DNA from: Candidatus Omnitrophota bacterium
GTDB taxonomy: Bacteria; Omnitrophota; Gorgyraeia; B26-G9; JBDRCZ01
DNA: 64,000 nucleotides
NCBI GenBank assembly: GCA_043821285.1
Contig: JBDRCZ010000073.1
Location: 3,564 to 67,563, forward strand
Reading direction: 5' to 3'
Part shown: positions 20,885 to 30,281 of the stretch, piece by piece
How positions within the stretch are numbered: position 1 is the stretch's first letter
Layout of the letters: each line of letters opens with the position of its first letter
The notes under the pieces: model-generated
Seen by the model: the letters and a program-made list of their open reading frames with translations, nothing else
What the model was told of the DNA's origin: nothing
Database searches by the model: none
Program-made: the position numbers and the translations under genes

Positions 20885-21973
20885 ATGAAAATCAGCAGAA
20901 ATATTTTTGCCAAACAATCGGGCGTTATCGCAGCCGGCGCAGTTATCGGGATTCTGGCGGTATTATTACAGAAATTCGGTAATCCGGGAAATATGGGAAT
21001 TTGTGTGGCGTGTTTTACCCGCGATATTGCCGGGTCATTAGGACTGCACCGCACGGCTGCGGTACAGTATCTGCGTCCGGAAATTTTTGGGATTATATTA
21101 GGTGCTTTTATTACCGCACTGATATTTAGCGAGTTTAAGCCGCGGGCAGGAACTTCTTCCATGATAAAGTTTTTTTTAGGCGCGTTTGCCATGATCGGCG
21201 CGCTGGTTTTTCTTGGCTGCCCGTGGCGGCTTTCGCTTCGCCTTGCAGCCGGTGACGGCCAGGCGCTGTTTGGGTTAGCGGGGTTGGTTAGCGGTATTTG
21301 GGCGGGTACGCGTTTTTTTGCTTTTGGATATAACCCCGGTACCTGGAGCAAAGCAAAGCCTTCTACCGGACTTTTGCTGCCTTTTTTTATCACAGGAATT
21401 TTGATTTTAAGCTTTGTATATCCGCCATTAAAAGAACAGGCCAAAAACGGTCTATTTTTCTACAGCATTGCCGGACCGGGAAGTATGCATGCGCCAATAT
21501 TAGTATCGCTTATTTTCGGAATGATTATCGGTTTTTTTCTTCAGCGCAGCCGGTTTTGCACGATCGGAGGGATACGTGATTTTCTCCTGTTTAAACAAAC
21601 CCATTTGTTAACCGGAGTAATCAGCCTGATAATATTTGCTTTTATCATGAATATTGTATTTGGATATTTTAAACCCGGGTTTATAAATCAACCCATAGCA
21701 CATTCAGAGGTAATATGGAACTTTTTAGGGATGATGCTTGCGGGCTTATCTTTTACGCTCGCGGGCGGCTGCCCGGGAAGACAGCTTGTTTTAGCCGGTG
21801 AAGGCGACGGTGATGCAGGGGTATTCTTTTTAGGTATGCTTAGCGGGGCAGGATACGCGCATAATTTTATGCTCGCGGCCACACCGCAAGGAGTCAGTCT
21901 AAACGGAAAGATTGCAGTGATTACCGGGTTGATAATCGTGCCGTTAATTGCCTGGGGTATGCGGGAAGAGTGA
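20885..21973 (+). CDS. yedE: YedE-family putative selenium transporter
   Basis: GNPGNMGICVACFTRDIAG, LGCPWR, QRSRFCTIGG and GGCPGRQLVL. Confidence 0.9.
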   Translation: MKISRNIFAKQSGVIAAGAVIGILAVLLQKFGNPGNMGICVACFTRDIAGSLGLHRTAAVQYLRPEIFGIILGAFITALIFSEFKPRAGTSSMIKFFLGAFAMIGALVFLGCPWRLSLRLAAGDGQALFGLAGLVSGIWAGTRFFAFGYNPGTWSKAKPSTGLLLPFFITGILILSFVYPPLKEQAKNGLFFYSIAGPGSMHAPILVSLIFGMIIGFFLQRSRFCTIGGIRDFLLFKQTHLLTGVISLIIFAFIMNIVFGYFKPGFINQPIAHSEVIWNFLGMMLAGLSFTLAGGCPGRQLVLAGEGDGDAGVFFLGMLSGAGYAHNFMLAATPQGVSLNGKIAVITGLIIVPLIAWGMREE

Positions 21974-22015
21974 GCGGCTAAGGGAATTTATTTGTTATGA
22001 ATATCGGAGGTTGGG

Positions 22016-22237
22016 ATGCGTGAAACTGTTGATGCCCGCGGTTTTTTATGTCCGCAGCCGTTAATGATGCTGGTTAAAAAAATGAAAGAAATCCCAAACG
22101 GGTCTTTTGACATTTTAATTAATGACGAGACCGCGAAAGAAAACGTATGCCGGACCATCACCGGCCGGGGCGGGAAGATCGGTGGTATCGTTAATGCTGG
22201 TGAGTATTATCGGATTTCTGTTTTGAGCGGGGAATAG
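22016..22237 (+). CDS. TusA/SirA/YedF-family sulfur/selenium carrier
   Basis: VDARGFLCPQP motif. Confidence 0.88.
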   Translation: MRETVDARGFLCPQPLMMLVKKMKEIPNGSFDILINDETAKENVCRTITGRGGKIGGIVNAGEYYRISVLSGE

Positions 22238-22241
22238 GAAC

Positions 22242-23408
22242 ATGGTTTTTAACACAAAGCATAGTATTATTTATGCGGATAACGCGGCAACAACATGGCC
22301 AAAACCGCAGTGCGTCATTGGAGCCATGCGGAATTTCTTTTTTAATGTTGGGGCAAGTCCCGGCCGGTCCGGGCACCGTATGTCGCTTAATTCCGCACAA
22401 ATACTTTTTGCCGCGCGGGAGGAGATTGCTGATTTTTTCGGGCTTAATAATTCCCAGAACGTTATTTTTACTCTAAACGCGACGTATGCCCTGAATATTG
22501 CGATTAAAGGGATACTCAAAAAAGGGGCACATGTGATTGTCTCGTCTTTTGAGCATAATTCAGTTATCCGGCCGCTGACTTATCTTAAAGAGCGGGAAAA
22601 AATATCGATTACCCGCATTCCGCAAGATTCCAGACGGCAGTTTGCGCTAAAAGCGTTTGAACAATCTTTCCGGGCAAACACACAGCTTGTTATAATAAAT
22701 CATGCCTCAAACGTGACCGGCGCAATTATGCCGGTAAAAAAGATTGGACAAATATGCAAAAAGAAGAAGGTCCCGTTATTAGTCGATGCCGCGCAAACCG
22801 CCGGGGCAATCCCGATTAACGTAAAAGATGAGGCAATTGATCTGCTCGCGTTTACCGGGCATAAAAGCCTTATGGGTCCGCAGGGGACCGGCGGGCTCTG
22901 CATAGCCGGCTGCCAGCCCCAGACACTTTTTCACGGAGGCACGGGAAGCTATTCAGAGCAAGAATCCCATCCGGATTTTATGCCGGATAGATTAGAGGCC
23001 GGTACGCCGAATATCATCGGGATTGCCGGATTACGCGCGGGCATACAGTACCTCAAAGATACGGGTATTGATACAATCGTTAAAAAAGAGCGGCTTCTTG
23101 CGGAAAAATTAGTTAATGGTCTGCGTGCCTGCAAGAATGTTATGGTTTGTGGAACGGATACTTTGGAAGAGCGGCTGCCGATATTATCTTTTAATATAAA
23201 AGGTAAGCGAGCCGATGAAGTGGGTGTCCGGTTAGACAAAGAGTTTAATATCATGACGCGTGTGGGGCTTCATTGCGCGCCTGCGGCGCATAAAGCAATA
23301 GGCACGTTTCCTCACGGTACAGTAAGAATAAGCCTGAGTTTTATGAATACTGAGGACAGCGCGGACCGGATCATCTCAGCGGTACGGACAATTGCAGAAA
23401 GAGCATGA
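22242..23408 (+). CDS. Class V PLP enzyme, cysteine desulfurase / selenocysteine lyase
   Basis: DNAATTWPKP, DAAQTAG, TGHKSLMGPQGTG and RVGLHCAP. Confidence 0.9.
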   Translation: MVFNTKHSIIYADNAATTWPKPQCVIGAMRNFFFNVGASPGRSGHRMSLNSAQILFAAREEIADFFGLNNSQNVIFTLNATYALNIAIKGILKKGAHVIVSSFEHNSVIRPLTYLKEREKISITRIPQDSRRQFALKAFEQSFRANTQLVIINHASNVTGAIMPVKKIGQICKKKKVPLLVDAAQTAGAIPINVKDEAIDLLAFTGHKSLMGPQGTGGLCIAGCQPQTLFHGGTGSYSEQESHPDFMPDRLEAGTPNIIGIAGLRAGIQYLKDTGIDTIVKKERLLAEKLVNGLRACKNVMVCGTDTLEERLPILSFNIKGKRADEVGVRLDKEFNIMTRVGLHCAPAAHKAIGTFPHGTVRISLSFMNTEDSADRIISAVRTIAERA

Positions 23409-23608
23409 TAATTCTTGTATTTGAGTCAACGTATTTTCTCATGCGTGCCCAGAAAAGTTTAATGCAGCGCAATATCAGGCATGAGGTTATTCCTACACCC
23501 CGGGATATCTCTTCAGATTGCGGCATGGCAATCAGAGTAGATGCTGACGTAAAAGAGAGCGCAATAGAGACATTACGTAAGGCAAACGTTAAGGTTATGA
23601 TGAAATAA
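23405..23608 (+). CDS. DUF3343 protein (selenium-associated)
   Basis: FESTY...IPTPRDISSDCGMAI. Confidence 0.85.
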   Translation: MIILVFESTYFLMRAQKSLMQRNIRHEVIPTPRDISSDCGMAIRVDADVKESAIETLRKANVKVMMK

Positions 23609-23621
23609 AAGAGAGTATACT

Positions 23622-24665
23622 ATGGACGTTGATTTGCTTGCGACAATTGAGAGCGGAGGATGCTCCGCGAAGATATCCGCGCAGGCCCTGCGCGAGGCCC
23701 TGCGTGGTCTGCCTAAGATTACTGATGAACGGCTGCTCGTTAACATTGACACACACGATGATGCCGGCGTATATAAACTCACCGAAGATATTGCACTTAT
23801 TCATACCACTGATTTTTTCCCGCCGGTTTGTTCAGAGCCGTATGAATTCGGACAGATCGCCGCGGCTAATTCCTTAAGTGATGTATATGCTATGGGCGGA
23901 AAAGCAATCTCCGCGCTTAACCTGGTAATGTTCCCGTCAAAAAAGATGTCACTTGAAGTTTTAAAGGAAATACTGCGCGGCGGCAGTGATATGCTCCAGC
24001 AGGCGGATGCAGTAATCGCCGGCGGGCATACGATTGATGATGACCCTTTAAAATACGGTCTTGCGGTTACCGGCATCGTACATCCTGAAAGAATAATAAC
24101 AAATACTGCGGCACAGCATGGCGATATACTTGTACTTACAAAACCTCTGGGGGTTGGGATTATTATTAGCGCTAGGAAACTGAACATAGTTAGTGACGAA
24201 CACTATGATGTTGCATTAAATACCATGAAACAGCTCAATGCAAAAGGCGCGCAAATCATGCAGCAGTTCAATGTAAAAGGAGCAACCGATATTACCGGCT
24301 TCGGCCTGCTCGGGCATGCCTTAAAGATGGCTTATGCGAGCAGAGTGACCATGGAAATTCATGCGGATAAACTTCCTTTTTTACCGGGCGCTTACGAACT
24401 TGCCGAGCGCGGATGTTTACCGTGCGGGGTGTTTAAAAACCAGCAGTTTACAGAACAGGACACAGAGATTTCAGAAGGTGTTGATTTTAATAAAATCATG
24501 ATTGCATCTGACGCACAGACTTCCGGCGGCCTGCTCATTTCAATTGCTGCGGCTAAAGCAGAGGATTTAGTATTAGCCTGTCATAAGGCCGGATATCACG
24601 AAGCCCGAATAATTGGCAAAGTAACAAACAAAAAACAAAAATTTCTCCTATTCCGGCAACAATAG
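23622..24665 (+). CDS. selD: Selenide, water dikinase (Cys form)
   Basis: GGCSAK, DDAGVY, ANSLSDVYAMGG, TDITGFGLLGH and DAQTSGGLL. Confidence 0.97.
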   Translation: MDVDLLATIESGGCSAKISAQALREALRGLPKITDERLLVNIDTHDDAGVYKLTEDIALIHTTDFFPPVCSEPYEFGQIAAANSLSDVYAMGGKAISALNLVMFPSKKMSLEVLKEILRGGSDMLQQADAVIAGGHTIDDDPLKYGLAVTGIVHPERIITNTAAQHGDILVLTKPLGVGIIISARKLNIVSDEHYDVALNTMKQLNAKGAQIMQQFNVKGATDITGFGLLGHALKMAYASRVTMEIHADKLPFLPGAYELAERGCLPCGVFKNQQFTEQDTEISEGVDFNKIMIASDAQTSGGLLISIAAAKAEDLVLACHKAGYHEARIIGKVTNKKQKFLLFRQQ

Positions 24666-24884
24666 TACTTTGTCAAATTAATTTTTAGCCTGTCAGAGCA
24701 CAGGAGCAATCGAGATGACTTTTCCCGTGCAATGCGGTATTTTTTAGCTTATTATTATTTATAGACGTAGTACATACATGTCCAAATCAGCTAAAAGAAG
24801 TCAAAGCAAAGTTGAAGTTCAGATTTTGGGAGTTTAGATTTATCACAGACAATAATAGGGGACATACTATATAATTTGTCAAAC

Positions 24885-25020
24885 CAAAATGAAGGCAATA
24901 GGAAAGTTGAGAGAAAAATTAAATATTTTAATTTAGAGTCATTGTCTCTGTTGGTTATCGTGTTAATTCAAAACGCGGTACTGAGTTCCGGATTTGGGTA
25001 ACAGAGGTATTAAAACAGCA
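24885..25020 (+). pseudogene. RhuM-family fragment
   Basis: QNEGNRKVERKIKYFNL, a frameshift, then IVSVGYRVNSKRGTEFRIWVTEVLKQH. Confidence 0.7.
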
Positions 25021-25022
25021 CC

Positions 25023-25103
25023 GTGATTGATTTTTTAATTGTTGCATTTGCGATTTTCATGGTGGTGAAAGGAATTAACAATCTGAAAAAGAAGCAGGGT
25101 TAA
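25023..25103 (+). pseudogene. mscL: MscL C-terminal fragment
   Basis: VIDFLIVAFAIFMVVKGINNLKKKQG* matches MscL TM2. Confidence 0.7.
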
Positions 25104-25169
25104 CTTTGGGAAAGGAGGACGTCATGAAAATGAATTGGCAAGCTGTAAAGAATGTTTTTGTACTAGTCG

Positions 25170-25239
25170 GATGACCGGAAAAAGCAAAACATTTTCCGGG
25201 TATGAAGATACCCCGTATTTTGTGACGGGGCATCTTCAT
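25170..25239. repeat. Double-hairpin dispersed repeat (second copy at 43431-43500)
   Basis: CATTTTCCGGGTATGAAGATACCCCG is identical at 25190-25215 and 43451-43476. Confidence 0.8.
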
Positions 25240-25610
25240 TTGCGGATTAATACACGGTTTTTTAAGGTCTTTGCTTTAAAGAATTTTTTCGTGAATTCTC
25301 TGGCCTGTTTCGAATTAAAAGACTGGCAGGAAAATATATTTATGTAAGCCGTGTTCCAGAGCTCAGAAAAATGGCCGGTTATAGAACTAGTTTCAATAAA
25401 CTGCAGAAGAGAATACCCCTTGGTGAAATCACTGCTTAATCCGAAATAGGGCAGTAAGGTCTTTCCGTATTTTTTCATTTTAATCAAAGTGCATAATTTG
25501 TCTACATAAATTTGCAGTTTTTTGCGCGAACTAATAATTTTAGGATCACAGTCGAACAAGTCCAGCACTAATTCCATGCCGTAATTTTTTCTTTTTTCTG
25601 ATTTTTTCAT
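25236..25610 (-). CDS. Divergent SpeD-family pyruvoyl decarboxylase proenzyme
   Basis: YGMELVLDLFDC...GYSLLQFIETSSITGHF...AYINIFSC. Confidence 0.8.
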   Translation of the reverse strand: MKKSEKRKNYGMELVLDLFDCDPKIISSRKKLQIYVDKLCTLIKMKKYGKTLLPYFGLSSDFTKGYSLLQFIETSSITGHFSELWNTAYINIFSCQSFNSKQAREFTKKFFKAKTLKNRVLIRK

Positions 25611-26458
25611 TATTTCATCCTCTCCTTTATGTAATTAGGTAAGGCAAATGAAGCCTTATGTATTTCGGGGTTGTAGTAACGGGCATTTAGTTTTAATTGC
25701 GCATAACGTGTTGTGATACGGTGGAAATTAAGTTTATCGACTGAGATACTTGGTGAAGCATATACAATCGTGAACATTCCCCCGATATAGGTGGGAATGG
25801 ATGTAGTATAGGGGTTGACATATTTAAATAGCCTTTTAATTTTTCTAACTGCTAAAATAAGTTCGGATATTTGTGTTGTGCTCGAACCGCTTTGGCGGAC
25901 AATAATGCCTTTTGCGGTTATGATTTTTTTCAGATTTTTGTAGAAGGTTTTTGAAAAAAGCACTTTTGCCGGGCCTATCGGATCAGGAGAATCGATAATC
26001 ACCACATCGAATTTTTCCTGAGTTTTTTTAATAAACTCTGCCCCGTCATCAATAATAATAACCGACCGCTGATCACGGAAGGCATTTTTGCAGATTGAAG
26101 ACAGATATTTTTTGCAGACGGAAATCACGGTGGGATCAAGTTCTACCAGACAGGCTTTTTTTACGGGATGTTTTAAAACTTCACGCAGAATGCCGCCATC
26201 TCCTCCGCCGATGATTAATATGTTTTTCGGCGCCGGGTGTGAAAAGAGTGGCAGATGCGACATCATTTCGTGATAAATAAATTCGTCTTTTTCCGTAGTC
26301 TGAATTATGCCGTCAAGCACTAAGGCTTTTCCAAAACGGTAAGTATCATAGATGTTAATGCGCTGGAATTTGCTTCGTTCGGTAAAGATCGTATCTTTTA
26401 TCGCCAGTCCCAGCTGCATATCCTGATATAAGGCTTCTCGGTACCAATTATTATACAT
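25610..26458 (-). CDS. speE: Spermidine synthase (polyamine aminopropyltransferase)
   Basis: DEFIYHEM, IIGGGDGG and FDVVIIDSPDP. The start at ATG 26458 overlaps the speD end. Confidence 0.95.
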   Translation of the reverse strand: MYNNWYREALYQDMQLGLAIKDTIFTERSKFQRINIYDTYRFGKALVLDGIIQTTEKDEFIYHEMMSHLPLFSHPAPKNILIIGGGDGGILREVLKHPVKKACLVELDPTVISVCKKYLSSICKNAFRDQRSVIIIDDGAEFIKKTQEKFDVVIIDSPDPIGPAKVLFSKTFYKNLKKIITAKGIIVRQSGSSTTQISELILAVRKIKRLFKYVNPYTTSIPTYIGGMFTIVYASPSISVDKLNFHRITTRYAQLKLNARYYNPEIHKASFALPNYIKERMK

Positions 26459-26834
26459 AGTCGAATATGCCCCGTTTGACATCCATGATCTGGATCTTTT
26501 TCGGTTTAAAACCGTTTTTAAAAACGGATATTGCCTTATAGGGACTTGCGTTACCGCAGACAAATATATCTAATGCGGCATATTTGAATTCCGGCCAGGT
26601 GTGAATAGTTATGTGCGACTCTTTTATAACCGCAACTCCGGATATCCCGTTAAAAGGAGAAAAACGATGTAAGTCTATGCTTAGTAGTGTCACATCGCAG
26701 GCTTTGACTGCCGCAAGTAAAGTTTTCTTGACTAATTTTACCGAATTAATATTTTTTGCCCCCCACAACTCAATTAAGAGATGGGTGCCGGCGTATGTTA
26801 TATTATCATTTTTACAATAAAATCCTTTTTTCAT
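26451..26834 (-). CDS. speD: S-adenosylmethionine decarboxylase proenzyme
   Basis: GISGVAVIKE-SHITIHTWPE and LDIFVCG. Confidence 0.93.
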   Translation of the reverse strand: MKKGFYCKNDNITYAGTHLLIELWGAKNINSVKLVKKTLLAAVKACDVTLLSIDLHRFSPFNGISGVAVIKESHITIHTWPEFKYAALDIFVCGNASPYKAISVFKNGFKPKKIQIMDVKRGIFDYV

Positions 26835-27088
26835 TTTATCCGTTATTATCCTTTTATCGTCCCACCTTCTTTTCTTTCGGGATTAGCTATTCTCCCCTGA
26901 TAAAATAATATATAAAAACAGAATAAATTTCAAGTAAAAAATTACAAATGAACAATTTTTTCACTTTATCTGTTTCTGTGGTAAAACCGCAGACTTTTAA
27001 TTTTTAAGATAAAAAAGTCAATATAACAATATTTCTATGCTATAATATTTATATCCCCTGATGATAAGAAGTTCTGGAAAAAGTTTAT

Positions 27089-28081
27089 ATGTGCACGATC
27101 GGCATGCGAGTTTGTTTTATGTTAGCAATAAAAAGTGTTTTTATTGTATTTATAATTTTATTTACGAAGTCTATTATATTTGCGTTACCGGAAGGGGTAA
27201 TTGTGGACAAGTTAAAAATGCATGTTGAAACACTTTCTTCTGAAATTGGTGAAAGAAATGCTTATGATTTTGAGAGCCTTGAGCGGGCCAGAAAATATAT
27301 AACGGATAAATTTAAGGAATATGGATATTGCGCAGCTTATGAAGAGTATAATATTGACCACATCCCGGATAAAAAATTTTATAATATTATTGCCGAAAAG
27401 AAAGGAGAGGCAAAACATAACGAGGTAATTATTATAGGGGCGCATTATGACTCATGTCCCGGGACAGTTGGGGCAGATGATAATGCCACCGGAGTGTCAA
27501 TGCTGCTTGAACTGGCAAGGGTACTTAATAAGATTAAATTTAGCCGGACGATAAAATTTATCGCGTTTGTTAATGAAGAACCGCCTTTTTTTAAAACTGA
27601 ACACATGGGCAGCTTCATTTATGCCCGAGGGGCAAAAAGACGCAAAGAAAAGATTGTTTACATGTTTGCACTGGAAAGCATTGGCTACTATGTAGAAGAA
27701 AAAAACTCACAGCACTATCCTCCGGGGCTTTCGTTTTTTTATCCGGATAAGGGAAATTTTATTGCTTTTGTCAGTAATCTTGGCGGGATTTTTTCTCTAA
27801 AGAAATGCGCAAATATTTTTCGCCGGCATAGCACTCTGCCGGCAGAAGTTCTTGCGGCACCGGCAATACTCAGCGGAGTGGATTTTTCTGACCACTGGTC
27901 ATTCTGGCAGCATAATTATCCGGGGATAATGATTACCGATACTGCCTTTTACCGCAACCCGTATTATCATACAATAATGGACACACCGGAAACAGTTAAT
28001 TATAGAAAATTAGCCGAGCTTTTTGAAGGATTAAAACAGGTGTTGATAGAATTATCGGGGAAAGTAGAAAGTAAAAAATAA
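27089..28081 (+). CDS. M28-family metallopeptidase
   Basis: GAHYDS, GADDNATGV, NEEPP, SDHWSF and YHT. The start may be ATG 27119. Confidence 0.9.
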   Translation: MCTIGMRVCFMLAIKSVFIVFIILFTKSIIFALPEGVIVDKLKMHVETLSSEIGERNAYDFESLERARKYITDKFKEYGYCAAYEEYNIDHIPDKKFYNIIAEKKGEAKHNEVIIIGAHYDSCPGTVGADDNATGVSMLLELARVLNKIKFSRTIKFIAFVNEEPPFFKTEHMGSFIYARGAKRRKEKIVYMFALESIGYYVEEKNSQHYPPGLSFFYPDKGNFIAFVSNLGGIFSLKKCANIFRRHSTLPAEVLAAPAILSGVDFSDHWSFWQHNYPGIMITDTAFYRNPYYHTIMDTPETVNYRKLAELFEGLKQVLIELSGKVESKK

Positions 28082-28114
28082 TTTTGCTGCAACGAACTGT
28101 TACTCCCAGCACTA

Positions 28115-29446
28115 TCAGCTTTTTAAGCCGTCGGTGCTGGCTGTGAAATTCGAATCTGATACCGTGTAAAGTTTATCAAGCGGACTTTCGGGGGCGTAGG
28201 ACATATCCCTTAACACGTGCGTGTAGACCATTGTTGTTTCAACGTTTTTATGTCCTAATAAGGATTGAATTTCTCTGATATTTACCCCATTCATTAAAAG
28301 GTGGGTGGCAAAACTGTGTCTTAGCGTATGCACGCTGGCATGTTTAACAATTCCGGCTTTTCTAACTGCCTCTCTCACTGCATTCTGTACAGCCTTTTCG
28401 CTTATATGATGGCGTCTTACTTTCCCGCCACGTGGATCAATGGACAACTTGGATGAAGGAAAAACATATTGCCAGCCCCAATCCATCGCGGCAGCAGGAT
28501 ATTTACGCATAAGCCCATCCGGCAAATATACGGCGCCGCATCCTGCCTTAATATCCTTGCGATGTATCGTTTTTACTTCCTCCAAATACTGACATAATTT
28601 TCCTTTAATACACTTTGGCAGTATAGTTGTCCGGTCTTTATCCCCTTTGCCGCTGCGAACAAATATCAGTCCAGCACCAAAATCAATATCTTTTACCCGT
28701 AAGCGTGCAAGTTCCATCAGCCGAAGACCTGAACCGTACAATAACTGTAAAATCAAGAGGTGTTTTCCCGCCATATGTCTGAATAACTCCTTAACTTCCT
28801 CAACCGTTAAAACAACCGGCAGTTTAAGTCCACGTTTGGCTCTGACCGTTTGCCCCAGGTTTTTAAGCTCCGTCCCCAGCACAAGTCTGAAAAAGAAAAG
28901 TAAGGCATTGAATGCCTGATTCTGAGTCGAAGATGAAACCCGCTGTTTTATTGCTAAATGGCTCAGGAAATCATGCACATCCCCCGATTCAAACCCACAA
29001 ACCTTAATATCCTTCTGTTTGACCTTAATAACATAATCGTAAAAACGGTTGAACCAAGCGAGGTATGAACGTTCGGTTCTATAAGAATAATGCTTTATGC
29101 GCATTGCTTCGCGCGCTTTGTTAAGCATATGGGTTTGATTCAAATGTTCTTTGCTTGCGACTTGAGGTTTGTTTGGATAAAGACCTGAAGCATCGCCTTT
29201 AAGGAAATGCCCAATATATAAACGCAGAGCTTGCTGGGCCTGCTCTAACTGCCAATCAGCAGCCTTTTCATCTGCCTTCAAGATAAGCAAAAAGCGCTCA
29301 GTGCGTAAATTCTGATGGAGGCTTTCATTGTTATTTGAAAAAGATAGAAATTTGCTTACCCAAAAGGCATAGTAAGGAACATTCTTTTCCGGGGCAAGCT
29401 TGCGGGAAAGCAAAAAATCTTGAAACTCCGGCAAAACATTGGACAT
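28115..29446 (-). CDS. intI: Integron integrase
   Basis: YGSGLR, GKGDKDR, the integron-specific insert GAVYLPDGLMRKYP...WGWQYVFPS...RRHH, HTLRHSFATHLL and LLGH...TTMVYTHV. Confidence 0.97.
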   Translation of the reverse strand: MSNVLPEFQDFLLSRKLAPEKNVPYYAFWVSKFLSFSNNNESLHQNLRTERFLLILKADEKAADWQLEQAQQALRLYIGHFLKGDASGLYPNKPQVASKEHLNQTHMLNKAREAMRIKHYSYRTERSYLAWFNRFYDYVIKVKQKDIKVCGFESGDVHDFLSHLAIKQRVSSSTQNQAFNALLFFFRLVLGTELKNLGQTVRAKRGLKLPVVLTVEEVKELFRHMAGKHLLILQLLYGSGLRLMELARLRVKDIDFGAGLIFVRSGKGDKDRTTILPKCIKGKLCQYLEEVKTIHRKDIKAGCGAVYLPDGLMRKYPAAAMDWGWQYVFPSSKLSIDPRGGKVRRHHISEKAVQNAVREAVRKAGIVKHASVHTLRHSFATHLLMNGVNIREIQSLLGHKNVETTMVYTHVLRDMSYAPESPLDKLYTVSDSNFTASTDGLKS

Positions 29447-29503
29447 CTTTCACCTTCTTTATGTAGAAATTTCCTAAATATATCAATATGCGTATATTAT
29501 GAT

Positions 29504-29532
29504 ATTATATAACAAATACGGATATTCGTCAA
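29504..29532 (-). promoter_or_regulatory. Pint promoter
   Basis: Minus strand TTGACG-17-TATAAT. Confidence 0.7.
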
Positions 29533-29540
29533 GAAGTATC

Positions 29541-29570
29541 TTGACATTTGTGCTCAAATGATGATAAAAT
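29541..29570 (+). promoter_or_regulatory. Pc cassette promoter
   Basis: TTGACA-18-TAAAAT, back to back with Pint; the two -35 boxes form the GTCAAG...CTTGAC palindrome. Confidence 0.6.
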
Positions 29571-29619
29571 ATACAATGTTTAAGGCTGCGCAGATAATAA
29601 AAAGAAAAAAATAAGACAC

Positions 29620-29640
29620 TTCGTCTATTTATTGTTAGAT
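29620..29640 (+). other. attI recombination site (crossover G/TTAGAT at 29634)
   Basis: GTTAGAT is complementary to the R'' ATCTAAC (30202) of the first attC. Confidence 0.75.
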
Positions 29641-29745
29641 GTGAAATATATTGATTTATAAAATGAAAAAAATATCTTTTTAGTTGTTTTTATAGCTTCA
29701 CTTTGTTGTGGAGTAAACACCGAAAATGCACACACGGAGGAAATT

Positions 29746-30192
29746 ATGAAAACTATGGAAATTAGCTGGCAACGACTTATAAATGAAAGCGGTCAAACGT
29801 GTGAACGCTGTGGATTGACAGAAAAGGAACTTCAAACGGCAACTCAGAAACTCAAAGAATGCCTTACTCCTTTAGGGATAACAGTTATTTTAAAACAAAA
29901 GGTGCTTGATTCTGAAACATGTGCAAAAGACGTTTCTCAATCTAATCGGATTTGGATTAACGAACACTCCCTTGAAGAATGGTTAAGTGCAAAAGTCGGT
30001 AAAAGCCTTTGTGGTTTTTGCTGCGAAGATCTTGGTGATAATGTGGAATGCCGAACTGTAACCATTGATGGGGAAACGTATGAAGCAATACCAGCTAAAT
30101 TGATCATAAAAGCTGGGCTTCTTGCCGCTTCAGAGTTGATTAATGTTGAGTCATCTGAACCATGTTGTCCTAAGGCGACAGAATGTAAGTGA
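29746..30192 (+). CDS. Cassette 1: DUF2703 thioredoxin-like protein
   Basis: ISWQRL...TCERCGLT...SNRIWIN...LEEWL...ECRTV...YEAIP. Confidence 0.8.
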   Translation: MKTMEISWQRLINESGQTCERCGLTEKELQTATQKLKECLTPLGITVILKQKVLDSETCAKDVSQSNRIWINEHSLEEWLSAKVGKSLCGFCCEDLGDNVECRTVTIDGETYEAIPAKLIIKAGLLAASELINVESSEPCCPKATECK

Positions 30193-30201
30193 TAAAAGCG
30201 C

Positions 30202-30269
30202 ATCTAACTTGGCGATGAACCGAACTTGAAAAGCTGGCGCTTTTCAAGTCGGTTATCTTTATGTTATGA
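30202..30269 (+). other. attC1
   Basis: ATCTAAC...GTTATGA with an internal inverted repeat. Confidence 0.9.
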
Positions 30270-30281
30270 GTAAATAAAAAT

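Noticed and set aside
23622-23700. Selenocysteine in SelD
   Set aside because: The active-site codon is TGC (GGCSAK), with no upstream UGA extension.
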